Shown here one piece after another: positions 9,289 to 19,912 of a DNA stretch of 64,000 nucleotides. Position 1 is the stretch's first letter; every line of letters begins with the position of its first letter. Made by a program: the position numbers and the translations under genes. The stretch lies in the IMG/VR virus record IMGVR_UViG_3300025096_002712, positions 1 to 64,000 of that record, one strand, 5' to 3'. The DNA is from a virus. The notes under the pieces are model-generated. The model was not told the origin of the DNA, searched no databases, and was given only the letters and a program-made list of their open reading frames with translations.

Positions 9289-10811
9289 TGCATTATTTTG
9301 AATACTCAACGAAGGATACAACAATATATGAAGTAAGTTCAAGTATGAATACAGGACTTGATGAGATACTTGAAGTTAGAAAAGATATGAATGCAGATGG
9401 GACGGTGGTAAATGTTTCTCGTGCACTTATAAAGTTTGATTTAACTTATATTTCTAAATCTATATCTTCTGGATTAATACCATCTTCATCAATATATCCA
9501 AAGTTTTATTTAAATCTATATGACGCAAATTCATCTGAATTAAACATATCTCAAAAATTATATGCATATCCAGTAAGTCAATCTTGGGATATGGGTTCGG
9601 GAAGAACAAAAGCAAATCCAGCCATAGTAGATGGGGCAAGTTGGAAGTATAGAGATGGAGATGCAAATGCAACTCCTTGGTTGGGAACTTATTCTACACT
9701 ACAAGGTAATACTTTTGCAAGTGGAACTTTAACAATATCAAATGGAGATTTTGATAATCAAGAAGTTACTATCGGTGGAGTTGATTTTGTATTTGTAAGT
9801 GGTTCAACTTCTGTGTTTAATAATAGCTCAACAGAAATATATGTATCTTCTGGATCAACTGTAACGGGTTCTATTAATAATTTACGAAATGTCATTAATG
9901 TTAGTAGTTCTTTACATGGATTGGTAGTATCAGCAAGTATTGTTACGGGTACACCTAATAAACTGATATTATCTGGAAGTTCTAAGGGAACTACATCAAA
10001 TTATGCAGCAGCTTCATCATCAGGATTGTTTTCGTTTAGTGGAACTAAAACTCTGGCGTTACAGGGTGGAACTGATGCGACTACTACATTGTCAGGTGGT
10101 GGTGGAACTTGGTTTAGTGGAAGTGGATACCGAGCTTCACAATCTTTCTCTCATCAAGCAGCAGATGTTAGAATGGATGTAACTGATCTTACATGGAAAT
10201 GGTTAGGTGGTACTATAGCAAATGAAGGATTTGTGGTAAAACGAAGTGGAAGTTTAGGAAACTCAAATTCAAATGCTGAGGAAGGAAATACTACAAAATA
10301 CGGCCATTTTTCATTTTTTGGTAGGGAAACCCATACGATTTATCAACCAACATTAGAAGTAGTTTGGGACGACTCAAAGTGGACAACAGGTTCTCTGTCA
10401 GCACTATCATCTACTCATTTAGAAGATATGGTTCTTTATATGAGAGGGTTTAGACCAGAATACAAAGAAAAATCAAAAGTAAAATTTAGAGTGGTTGGTA
10501 GAGAAAGATATCCAGAAAAGTCATATTCTACAAGTGGATATAGTACTGGGTATAATACAGTTAAATATTTACCAAGTGGAAGTAGTTGGTATCAAATTAG
10601 GGACGCCTATTCAGAAGATATAATTGTACCTTACGGAAGTGGTTCAAAAATAAGTTGTGATTCAACTGGAAATTATTTCAACTTGTGGATGGATGGATTA
10701 CAAGCAGAAAGATTCTATAGAATTGAATATAAGATTGTAAGTGGAAGTGGGACATCAGATGAAACCGTTCAATATTTTGATGAGAAACATTCATTTAAAG
10801 TAACGAGATAA
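9288..10811 (+). CDS. Virion protein with a DNRLRE/CBM96-like domain and a Ser/Gly-rich insertion
   Basis: 'KDTTIYE...NTGLDEILEV...SRALIKFDL', 'AYPVSQSWDMG' and 'QPTLEVVWDD' motifs. Confidence 0.5.
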   Translation: MHYFEYSTKDTTIYEVSSSMNTGLDEILEVRKDMNADGTVVNVSRALIKFDLTYISKSISSGLIPSSSIYPKFYLNLYDANSSELNISQKLYAYPVSQSWDMGSGRTKANPAIVDGASWKYRDGDANATPWLGTYSTLQGNTFASGTLTISNGDFDNQEVTIGGVDFVFVSGSTSVFNNSSTEIYVSSGSTVTGSINNLRNVINVSSSLHGLVVSASIVTGTPNKLILSGSSKGTTSNYAAASSSGLFSFSGTKTLALQGGTDATTTLSGGGGTWFSGSGYRASQSFSHQAADVRMDVTDLTWKWLGGTIANEGFVVKRSGSLGNSNSNAEEGNTTKYGHFSFFGRETHTIYQPTLEVVWDDSKWTTGSLSALSSTHLEDMVLYMRGFRPEYKEKSKVKFRVVGRERYPEKSYSTSGYSTGYNTVKYLPSGSSWYQIRDAYSEDIIVPYGSGSKISCDSTGNYFNLWMDGLQAERFYRIEYKIVSGSGTSDETVQYFDEKHSFKVTR

Positions 10812-10814
10812 AAA

Positions 10815-11270
10815 ATGCCATACGATTCAGAAGCATTAAAAACAAATGAGTTTTATCAAAACTTAGTTAGAAAAGATGAAAAAAAATATGTTGATTTAAT
10901 AAGAAAAAAATTATTAGATGGTGATATAAATACTGGTACTTTGAGAGATGCAGATACAGGAAATATTTTATTGTTTGAAACTGTAGTACCTGGTGAGGGA
11001 TCCAATGGTTTAAGTTTTAATCCATCAAGATTATCAAAAAATATGGATAGACAATATTTGTCCAAGGCAAAACCATCTGGTAAGAAGAAAAAATCAGGAA
11101 AAAAAATAAAAAAAGGTAAAAAGTTTTCTAAGGAAATAAAAGAGAAAAATGAAATACCAGTCCAATCTACAGGTAGATTACATACATTAGTTAAGCCTTG
11201 GGGTGTTGGGTATTTTGATTACGATACTTCAGATGAGAAGATAATAGATAAAGAGTTTACGGAATTATAA
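10815..11270 (+). CDS. Hypothetical virion protein with a Lys-rich insertion
   Basis: 151-aa ORF containing KPSGKKKKSGKKIKKGKK; translationally coupled to the giant gene downstream. Confidence 0.6.
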   Translation: MPYDSEALKTNEFYQNLVRKDEKKYVDLIRKKLLDGDINTGTLRDADTGNILLFETVVPGEGSNGLSFNPSRLSKNMDRQYLSKAKPSGKKKKSGKKIKKGKKFSKEIKEKNEIPVQSTGRLHTLVKPWGVGYFDYDTSDEKIIDKEFTEL

Positions 11271-14200
11271 TGGCTAAGAAAAAGTATTTAACTGCTGATC
11301 CACTAAGTGGAAAATTATCGAGGATTAATCCTAAAGATTTAAAATTGATAAATGCTAAAGGATTAAATGATGGTGATCCTATTGCTCTTTATGGAACTTT
11401 AACTACCGATATAATAGAATATTGTGTTTATGATAATAGTGATAACTATTTGGGTTCTGGTGAACTTTTGTATCCTTTTGATGACGAGTTAGATGTGGGT
11501 GGTCATGTTAGAGGACTTGGGTACAATCGTGGAACTTATAAAATAGTTTATAATTTTTTAAGACGAGTTGGTGGATCAAATAATGTAGTTTTAACGAAAA
11601 GAGTAGATAAAAGTATTTGGAAGGGCGCATATTATATAGATACTGATGGTAAAGTATATGCTGGTACGATGGATGAACCATTGTTGGACGAGAATGATGA
11701 ACAAATAGAACTTATCATTCAAGATGATAAATATTGGTTACAAGAAGTTTCTCCATCTCGAACTGAACTAAGACTTAGACCAAATCCAGGAATAAATGAC
11801 CTTGATTATCATGAACAATTTAGATTATTAGGTTATACTTGTTTAGCCTATTCTGATATAAGTGGTGAATCTTATATAATAATCAGTGATCCAGCTACTT
11901 CAGTAGAACAAGGTAAGAGCGAAAAAATCAATGAAACATCTTTTGATAATAGAGCTACTTTAGTTGGTAATAATATTAAATTAGATGAGGCAATGATAGG
12001 TGGTAATCTTATTGTACGAGATGCATTTATTATAGATACTGAAGAAACTCCAGAAGTAATATCAAAATATAATCCAATAATTGAAACAGATCAACTTTCT
12101 ATATCTGAAAACTTAGTTGATAATGGTGCATTTGAATCACAAAAATTGGCAGGTAAACTTATCCATCCTGAATCAGATACTAATTACCAACTTGCAGATT
12201 TTTGGAATCCTGGAAATAGTAAATATGTTTTACGAACAAAAGGTCAAGCCGTACCAGATGGAGTAAACAGAAATAGTTATACAATAGATATAAATGGTGC
12301 AGAAGGTGAAACTTATGTGTTAAGTTGTTGGGTATGGTACAATGACCAGTGGCCAGAACACGAAAAAGAATTATTTATTACAGACCAATCAGATAGTGCT
12401 GAAGTAACAGGGATAAGTGAAACTAAGGAAGTGAATGGAAGAACTTGGGAAAGACACTATACAAGAGTAACACCAACATCTGCAGATGGAAATTTTAAAT
12501 GGTTTTTGGGAAAAACCGATACTGTAGAAGCCGGGCCGAATGCTAGAAGGTATATAACAAATATACAATGTGAACCTGGATCACTAACATCATTACCCAC
12601 ACCTTATATAAATAAACCAAGAACTGAAGAAATTGAAGTTACAACTACTGGTAAAATTACATTTAAAAATGACGGAAGTTCAGAATATGTTGAAACTATA
12701 ATACCAGATGAAGATGAAGGATTTACTGATAATATGGTTGGTGGTAAACTTACCATTAAAGATGCCGTAATTTCAGATGAAATAGTACGAGAATCAACTG
12801 AAAGGATTGCACTTGAGAATATTCCAGTTGATAATACAGATGCATTTAATATAAGAGATAATGGAAACGAGGGAGAGTTTCATAAAAGTCCATTTCATGG
12901 AGTTACGGACGCTGAATCCAATGAATTAAAAGTATCGTTACAGGCAAAAGATGAATATTGGTTATATCATAATACAACTATGATTGGGCAGTATGAAATT
13001 CCAGAAGAAGTAAGAGAAATTGATGATTTGACGATAACTAATCGTACTGGTATGACGATTAGAGATAATGGAAACGAGGGAGAGTTTCATTATACCAGAA
13101 GTCCTTTCCACAATTTTCATCAGATATCGGAAACAGAACAACCTAAAAACACTTTAAAGTTTACACTACAGGTTGATTGGCAGTTTACCCTAATCCATAT
13201 TAAAGGCCCCAATTCTTTAGAAGGTGAAGGAACTGAATATGTTATTCGTGATAATTGGAGATCAAATTGGCAGAGTTCCACTACATATGAACTTACACCA
13301 TCAGTCAGTTCTGGAGATTCAAGATATGTAGATGTAGCTGATAATGATAATAGAAGTATTTATGGGTTTGAACATGGTGATACATTACGATTAAATGCAT
13401 ATAATATAGGAGCTAAAGCAGGATTTTTAGGTAAAATTGAACATGACCTATTTTCAAAAACAGTATATAGAACGGGTGATTCGAAAAAAAATTATGCACA
13501 AGGTGGTAGTGGCACAGTCAATCGTTATAATGGAATATGGAATCTCACCGAGGTAAGTCACGGAGGAACTGCTAATGATTGGAAAATTTGGCATGATTAC
13601 AAGTATGATGAAAAGAAAGAAAAAGTAAATAAAGAGAATAGTTTTTGGGAATCAAAATATATAACCCCTGAGTTATTGTCAAGTAAATGGATATGGGCAA
13701 GAACCCAAGCCAATAGTCAGCTAACTGTTTGGGAGTGGACAAATGAAGATATAGGTGCTGCTATTTTTAAATATCCAGATCCTATATTACATGCAGATGC
13801 AATATCCGTAGAGGGATGGTCTAATGGAGATATGTCCTGGGAATGGGGCCAGCCTGAAACTCAGGTATTTTATAAGACCAGGTGGGCTGGATATCACGCA
13901 AAATGGACGAGAGGTGAAGGTCGAAGTGGTGGAAATACTATAAAGTTTATTGACCAAAACTCTCAATTTCAAAATCCAAATCATACAGGATATACTGGTG
14001 TTGGGTTTGATGAAAATGGAAATCAACTTACTGATACATCTCGTGTTTATTCAGCACGAAATAATCCTGGCCTTAGTGGTGATAGTTGGCAAACATTAGA
14101 ACACAGAGCAATGATTGTTGAACAATATTTGCCAGTTACATTGGCAACTCAAGGAATACAGCCAGGTGATATACTTAAAGTTTCTTGGTGGCAAAAAACA

Positions 14201-17200
14201 GATACTCCAGGAAAAGGTGCAAGAGTTATGTTGTCTGGTTGGAGAAAAGATTTACCATCTCCTGAAGGTAGTTGGTATTCGTATGGTGAGAATGGTCTCC
14301 GCAATACGACACATAATTGGGGCCCTGGTAGTAATTTTGGTCCAGAGTTCATACCAATAGATAAAGAGGGTGTATGGACAAAGGCAGAGTTCACTGCTGT
14401 AGTACCAGAGGCATGGGATTTAACAAAAATGTATCATCCTGCTTATTATGATGCTGATCGTAATATTGGTACTCAACTTAGAGTATATGGTAATTACGGT
14501 CCTGAAGGTATAGTTTGGGTGGAAGATATAAAAATATCCTTTGTTAATTCAGACCAACCAGAAGAAGTAACACATATATATACAGTTCCAAACTTTGAAC
14601 CATCAGATAAATTAAGAGTTAATGTCAAAAATTCAACTGGAGAATCGTTTGGATTTGTATCAAAAATAGAATATAAAGGTGGGGAATATAAAACAGGAGA
14701 TCCATACGAGGATTATTATCCAGATCCAGTTACGGGAGAAACAAAGGTTGTTAATTTACCAGGAACTTGGAAAATTGATGGTGGTGGTGCACTTAAAAAT
14801 AATGGTAAACCTACTGATGCTGACAATGTACTTCCAGACTTAAAAAAATCCGAGTGGTTATGGGATGCAGATGATTCAGTTGAGAAGAGTTTTATATGGT
14901 CTGCGATAGATGGAATTGAAAATTATATATGGCATTATCCTGATCCAAAATTGAGAACTGATGCAATCTGGCCAACAAATTGGAATAATGGGTTTTATAA
15001 TTGGGATTTAACCGATAATACAGATAGGTTTTATCATAGTGGTTGGATAGGACATCATGCTAAATGGGTTGATGGAGATGGTCGAGATGGTGATGCTTGT
15101 ATGAAGTTCATTGATCAAAACTCTAAATTTATTTCATCAAATGACTTAACATATACAGGTTTATATGGTACTGGACTCTCAGACGATGAGGAAATATCAT
15201 TGGTACATAGACCAATGTGGCTTTACCAAAAGTTACCACATACACTCGAAGATAGAGGTATTCAAGTAGGAGATCAACTTACTATCTCTTGGAGACAAAA
15301 GTCAGATACCATTGGAAAAGGTGCGGCAGTTGGATTATTACATAGAAGTCTTGATGGTGGTCAGATGGGTTTCGGAGATGACATAGGAATAAATCATCCC
15401 GCACAAACAGATGATTGGTTAGAATTGACGGATAAACAATGGTTTAGATATAAACCCGTTAGTCAAGAAGGTGAATGGGAAGATGTTAGTTTTGATATAA
15501 CAGTTGATGAAAATACTATTGATTTAGAGGGAGATTCAATTCTCTATGTATATGGTCAATATGGACCTGAAGGTATATTATGGGTAGAGGGATTACAAAT
15601 TAGTAGAACTTCAGATATTATAACTAATTCAACTACTCCAATATTTTCTGATTTTGTTGGTTATATTCAGAGTGTAGATGAAAAGAATAAATTAACTTTG
15701 ACTGATACATATGATAATTTTGTAACCACCAATCTATATAAGGATAATAATGAATTAAATTTAAGGTCTTGGAGTACTTTTGATAATTTTTATGTTGATT
15801 ACACTTCATCACTTGCTACAAGTACCCCAGTATATGGTTCGTTACGCGGAGAGATACATGGAATAGAAAATAATACAATTATACTTTCAGAAGGTTTTAG
15901 GTCATTGGGTGAAGATGCAGGTCATGATTTTGAAAAAAATCCAGATGGATCTATGTTACCATTGGATAGGTGGTTTATTCAATATCCAAAGGATAGAAGT
16001 GAACCTTATAGTAAGTTACTTAAATATGGTCCCAATGAGTTTAGTTTGATAACTAATTTTAAGATAGATAGAGAATCTTATACTGATTATCCATATTCAG
16101 TAGTTTATAAATTATATGAGCCATTACCTGATGCAGTACAAGAAAAAGATTTTATTACTATCGTTAGAGAGATGGCTCCCCCGTTAGAAGAGGTTCTTAC
16201 TTTATATCCATTTGTAGAAGAATGGGTTAGTGATACGGTGTTGAGGACACCTTCATTTACTGGAACAAAAACAACCATTGGAGAGGGAAAAACAGAGTTT
16301 AAGACTTATGATGAGTTAGTATCAACTGATGTTGCTTTGAAAGAGGGTGTAGAAAATGAGATACTAAGTGGAAGTTTGAGTGCAGACATTAATGTAGATC
16401 ATTCTCAATTTTCTAACTTTGTACATTTCGGTTCAGTAGAAAAACGAATAAGAAACTTTAAATATAAATTAGAATTAATAGAACAATATACAGATAGAAG
16501 TGCTTCTCTTGCAGGTGCAGGAAGCTCATCCGCTGGATATTTATCGGTAGTGGCAGATCCAAACAAAGGTTCATATTTAAATGTATCTGGATCAAGTGGA
16601 TATAATCCAGCATTTACTCCAGTAAGTGGTTCATTAACACAAGTGCAGTCTTGGGAACAAAAACGCCGAGATACGATTAATTCGTTTGATAAGTTTGAAA
16701 AATATATGTTTTATGAAAGTTCATCATATTTAAGTGAATCTATTGGAATATCTTATGATAATTCTTGGCCAAAACGAGAAGGGGCAGGAACATATATAAG
16801 TCCTTATTTAAATTATAGAACTACTCAATCAGTTGCAACAACTTGGTTTGATAATCAAATAACATCAGCATCTGCATATGATAGGGAAAATAAAAATAGA
16901 GTACGAAGTCATCTTCCAGTTTTTGTACAAGATGATGACCAAAACGCAGTATTTCTTAATTTTATAGATATGATTGGTCATTATTTTGATGGTATTTGGA
17001 TATACATTAAGGCATTAACTGATATTCATGATAAGAGAGATAAATTAACTGATGGAATTGCCAAGGATTTATTGAAACCAATTGCACAATCACTTGGGTG
17101 GGAAGTCCACGATGGTAAAGATTTGGTATCTCTAAAAAGGTATATCTATGGAATGGAACAGAGTGGTTCTGAAACACCTTGGCAACATTCAATAACTCCA

Positions 17201-19804
17201 GATAGGGATATATCAAGAGAAATATGGAGTCGTGTTATAAATAATATGCCTTATTTCTTAAAAACAAAAGGAACTACACGGGCAATTAAAGGATTGATAA
17301 GTTGTTATGGTATTCCATCAAGTATATTACGAGTTATGGAATATGGAGGACCAGCTTTACCTGGAGTTCCACTTGATACTTTTTTAACGAGAAAATTTAC
17401 TAAAGCATTAAATTTTTACGGGGCATCAAATAATACATATGTTCAGAATAATACTTGGAAAACACATTTATCTGGAAGTAGTGCAACAAGTAGAGTACCA
17501 GATACAGTAGAGTTTAGATTTAGAGCAGCAAGTGGTTCAAATCAAGTATTAGTAAGACGAGGTGATGATTGGGGAATTAGACTAAAAGACAATAGTTCAG
17601 TTGATAATTACGGATATGTTTCGTTTATGTTGAGTGGTAGTAAGGGATATAATGAAGTAACTTCTTCTGAATTACCAGTTTATGATGGAGAGTTTTGGTC
17701 TGTAATGTTGACAAGGACATCTGCATCAGGACATACCTTGGTAACGGATAGTACCAGTCAAAATATGGCATATAATTTGCATGTTAAAAAATATGATGCT
17801 GGTAGAAGTAAACTTATATATGAATCTTCAAACACTTTAGCGGTAAGTGGGGCATTAGGAGCAACATCACAATCATATAATTTAGCTTATTCTGGTAGTG
17901 ATAAAACTGTTACTATTGGTGGTCCTCAAAGTACCTATTTTGGAGAATCATTTAGTGGTTCTATGATGGAATATAGAAACTGGACACAACCACTAAATAC
18001 CGCATCATTTGACAATCATGTAGCAGCCCCAATAGCATTTGATGGTAATTCACCATCTGCTTCATATTTAGATTTAATTACTCGATATTCGTTTGATGAT
18101 GATAAAGATTTAAGTGTGGGTGCGAATAATTGGTTTAGAGATGTAAGTGCAGACCAATCATTTACTTCATCAGCGATTCCATCTGGATATACAAGTGGGT
18201 TAGCATCTGGTACAGATTCACCTACACACTTTTCACGGGTGGTAGATGAAACAAAGATGAAAGTTCCAAACTTGGGTCCAAGTAGAATGTCATCAAATAA
18301 AATAAGAATTGAAGCAGATAGTTTAATAGATCCAGAATTAAGACAAAATCCGATATTAGATTTTGGTAAAAGTATTACAATACCAGCCTATGATACCGCA
18401 CCAATAGATAGTAATAAGCTCGGTATATTCTTTTCACCATCAAAGGCTATAGATGAGGATATTATTCTATCGATGCCCAATCTTGACTTTGACCAATACA
18501 TTGGTGATCCACGAGACCAATATAAAGAACAATATAGTGGATTAGTAGAAGCAAGAAATCTATATTGGAAGAAATATTCAGGTCCAAATAATTTTTGGGA
18601 TTATTTAAGATTATTAAAATATTATGATAGTTCATTATATGAACAAGTTAGAAGTTTAATTCCAGCACGGGCAAATGCTACAGTTGGTATTCTTGTAGAG
18701 CCTACAATTCTTGAAAGAGATAAAATTATTATTGGAAAAGAACCAACTTTTATTAGACAAGATTTACATAGTAAGATAATTGCTACTCAATATATTAGTG
18801 AAAGTGCACAATATCCAACTTATGAGTCAAGTATAAATTACAGTCATCCGTTTAGAATTAATTATCATACACAAGAAACTGGTTCATTTATTTCAGCATC
18901 ATCTGAGTATATACCATTGGATTCTTCAATCAATTATAGTAATCCATTTAAAATTAATTATTATACACAAGAAACTGGTTCATTTTATTCTGCATCAGCA
19001 GAATATATTCCATTAGATTCTCGTATAACTTATGGACGACCATATGTACCTAATTTTTATACTAATGAAAGTGGTTCACTTATTTCAGCTTCAGCAGAAT
19101 TTCAGAACTTAGAAAGTCTTATTAGATATTCAGATCCGTTTAGACCAAATTATTATACAAAAGAAAGTGGTTCATTCTTATCGGCCTCTGCAATATATGA
19201 AGATTTAGGAACTAATCTTAATATTAGAAATCCATTTATGTTAAATAATAGAACTCAAATGTCTGGTTCTATTATATCAATGTCTGCAGATTTTAGTTCG
19301 TGGAATGCACCAAGTGATACTTTGGCCGCCAATGCCAATGGAACGGGTTCATTTGTAATTAAACATATTTTAGAAAGACCAGCATTATATGGTATAGGTG
19401 ATAGAGATACGAGTGGGTGGTATGGAAATACTTTTTATAATTCAACCATACAACAAGGTGCTCAAAAATCTATTAGAGAAGAAGTGATAATGCCACGATA
19501 TGAAAACGGTGTTATATCAGAACTTAATAAAGAAGTTGAATATCACTTTTCATCTTCATTGAGTGCATCTTTAGGTCTATATTATTCATCAAGTTTCGTA
19601 TTATCTGATTTTGATAATAAGTGGGAACACGGACTTGGAACTAATAGATTATTTTATATTGGGTGTGTTCAAGATGGAAATACAACTGTAAGTGATAGGG
19701 GCAATAGATACCAAGATGAAACACCGGCAGTTGATATTACTATTACATCACCGACAAAATTAGTAACTACAGATTCACCATCTACTAAGTTAGATGTTGT
19801 TTAA
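11270..19804 (+). CDS. Giant (2844 aa) baseplate wedge/adhesin protein: gp7/gpI-like core with carbohydrate-binding-like modules and C-terminal repeats
   Basis: 'YFLKTKGTTRAIKGLISCYGIP' resembles the gp7/gpI KGT motif. Also has duplicated Trp-rich jelly-roll-like modules, a LamG-like region (VEFRFR...FWSVML) and about 31-aa tandem repeats. Confidence 0.65.
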   Translation: MAKKKYLTADPLSGKLSRINPKDLKLINAKGLNDGDPIALYGTLTTDIIEYCVYDNSDNYLGSGELLYPFDDELDVGGHVRGLGYNRGTYKIVYNFLRRVGGSNNVVLTKRVDKSIWKGAYYIDTDGKVYAGTMDEPLLDENDEQIELIIQDDKYWLQEVSPSRTELRLRPNPGINDLDYHEQFRLLGYTCLAYSDISGESYIIISDPATSVEQGKSEKINETSFDNRATLVGNNIKLDEAMIGGNLIVRDAFIIDTEETPEVISKYNPIIETDQLSISENLVDNGAFESQKLAGKLIHPESDTNYQLADFWNPGNSKYVLRTKGQAVPDGVNRNSYTIDINGAEGETYVLSCWVWYNDQWPEHEKELFITDQSDSAEVTGISETKEVNGRTWERHYTRVTPTSADGNFKWFLGKTDTVEAGPNARRYITNIQCEPGSLTSLPTPYINKPRTEEIEVTTTGKITFKNDGSSEYVETIIPDEDEGFTDNMVGGKLTIKDAVISDEIVRESTERIALENIPVDNTDAFNIRDNGNEGEFHKSPFHGVTDAESNELKVSLQAKDEYWLYHNTTMIGQYEIPEEVREIDDLTITNRTGMTIRDNGNEGEFHYTRSPFHNFHQISETEQPKNTLKFTLQVDWQFTLIHIKGPNSLEGEGTEYVIRDNWRSNWQSSTTYELTPSVSSGDSRYVDVADNDNRSIYGFEHGDTLRLNAYNIGAKAGFLGKIEHDLFSKTVYRTGDSKKNYAQGGSGTVNRYNGIWNLTEVSHGGTANDWKIWHDYKYDEKKEKVNKENSFWESKYITPELLSSKWIWARTQANSQLTVWEWTNEDIGAAIFKYPDPILHADAISVEGWSNGDMSWEWGQPETQVFYKTRWAGYHAKWTRGEGRSGGNTIKFIDQNSQFQNPNHTGYTGVGFDENGNQLTDTSRVYSARNNPGLSGDSWQTLEHRAMIVEQYLPVTLATQGIQPGDILKVSWWQKTDTPGKGARVMLSGWRKDLPSPEGSWYSYGENGLRNTTHNWGPGSNFGPEFIPIDKEGVWTKAEFTAVVPEAWDLTKMYHPAYYDADRNIGTQLRVYGNYGPEGIVWVEDIKISFVNSDQPEEVTHIYTVPNFEPSDKLRVNVKNSTGESFGFVSKIEYKGGEYKTGDPYEDYYPDPVTGETKVVNLPGTWKIDGGGALKNNGKPTDADNVLPDLKKSEWLWDADDSVEKSFIWSAIDGIENYIWHYPDPKLRTDAIWPTNWNNGFYNWDLTDNTDRFYHSGWIGHHAKWVDGDGRDGDACMKFIDQNSKFISSNDLTYTGLYGTGLSDDEEISLVHRPMWLYQKLPHTLEDRGIQVGDQLTISWRQKSDTIGKGAAVGLLHRSLDGGQMGFGDDIGINHPAQTDDWLELTDKQWFRYKPVSQEGEWEDVSFDITVDENTIDLEGDSILYVYGQYGPEGILWVEGLQISRTSDIITNSTTPIFSDFVGYIQSVDEKNKLTLTDTYDNFVTTNLYKDNNELNLRSWSTFDNFYVDYTSSLATSTPVYGSLRGEIHGIENNTIILSEGFRSLGEDAGHDFEKNPDGSMLPLDRWFIQYPKDRSEPYSKLLKYGPNEFSLITNFKIDRESYTDYPYSVVYKLYEPLPDAVQEKDFITIVREMAPPLEEVLTLYPFVEEWVSDTVLRTPSFTGTKTTIGEGKTEFKTYDELVSTDVALKEGVENEILSGSLSADINVDHSQFSNFVHFGSVEKRIRNFKYKLELIEQYTDRSASLAGAGSSSAGYLSVVADPNKGSYLNVSGSSGYNPAFTPVSGSLTQVQSWEQKRRDTINSFDKFEKYMFYESSSYLSESIGISYDNSWPKREGAGTYISPYLNYRTTQSVATTWFDNQITSASAYDRENKNRVRSHLPVFVQDDDQNAVFLNFIDMIGHYFDGIWIYIKALTDIHDKRDKLTDGIAKDLLKPIAQSLGWEVHDGKDLVSLKRYIYGMEQSGSETPWQHSITPDRDISREIWSRVINNMPYFLKTKGTTRAIKGLISCYGIPSSILRVMEYGGPALPGVPLDTFLTRKFTKALNFYGASNNTYVQNNTWKTHLSGSSATSRVPDTVEFRFRAASGSNQVLVRRGDDWGIRLKDNSSVDNYGYVSFMLSGSKGYNEVTSSELPVYDGEFWSVMLTRTSASGHTLVTDSTSQNMAYNLHVKKYDAGRSKLIYESSNTLAVSGALGATSQSYNLAYSGSDKTVTIGGPQSTYFGESFSGSMMEYRNWTQPLNTASFDNHVAAPIAFDGNSPSASYLDLITRYSFDDDKDLSVGANNWFRDVSADQSFTSSAIPSGYTSGLASGTDSPTHFSRVVDETKMKVPNLGPSRMSSNKIRIEADSLIDPELRQNPILDFGKSITIPAYDTAPIDSNKLGIFFSPSKAIDEDIILSMPNLDFDQYIGDPRDQYKEQYSGLVEARNLYWKKYSGPNNFWDYLRLLKYYDSSLYEQVRSLIPARANATVGILVEPTILERDKIIIGKEPTFIRQDLHSKIIATQYISESAQYPTYESSINYSHPFRINYHTQETGSFISASSEYIPLDSSINYSNPFKINYYTQETGSFYSASAEYIPLDSRITYGRPYVPNFYTNESGSLISASAEFQNLESLIRYSDPFRPNYYTKESGSFLSASAIYEDLGTNLNIRNPFMLNNRTQMSGSIISMSADFSSWNAPSDTLAANANGTGSFVIKHILERPALYGIGDRDTSGWYGNTFYNSTIQQGAQKSIREEVIMPRYENGVISELNKEVEYHFSSSLSASLGLYYSSSFVLSDFDNKWEHGLGTNRLFYIGCVQDGNTTVSDRGNRYQDETPAVDITITSPTKLVTTDSPSTKLDVV
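18790..19290 (+). repeat. About 93-bp (31-aa) degenerate tandem repeat, roughly 5 copies, inside the giant baseplate gene
   Basis: Units such as SINYSHPFRINYHTQETGSFISASSEYIPLD and SINYSNPFKINYYTQETGSFYSASAEYIPLD. Confidence 0.8.
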
Positions 19805-19829
19805 AACAGACAAAAATTGAAAAGGATTA

Positions 19830-19837
19830 TATTTATA
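19830..19837 (+). promoter_or_regulatory. Putative late-promoter motif TATTTATA (representative copy)
   Basis: The same motif occurs in intergenic gaps upstream of genes at 24028, 27387, 27790 and 36305; TATTTAT occurs at 2206, 31441, 51155 and 52760, and on the minus strand at 2142 and 36278. Confidence 0.6.
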
Positions 19838-19912
19838 AGTGAAGAATAACAAGTTTTATTATGTCGAATCTTATAAATTATATAGAATCCGCAGTATATA
19901 GGAGAAAAAACA

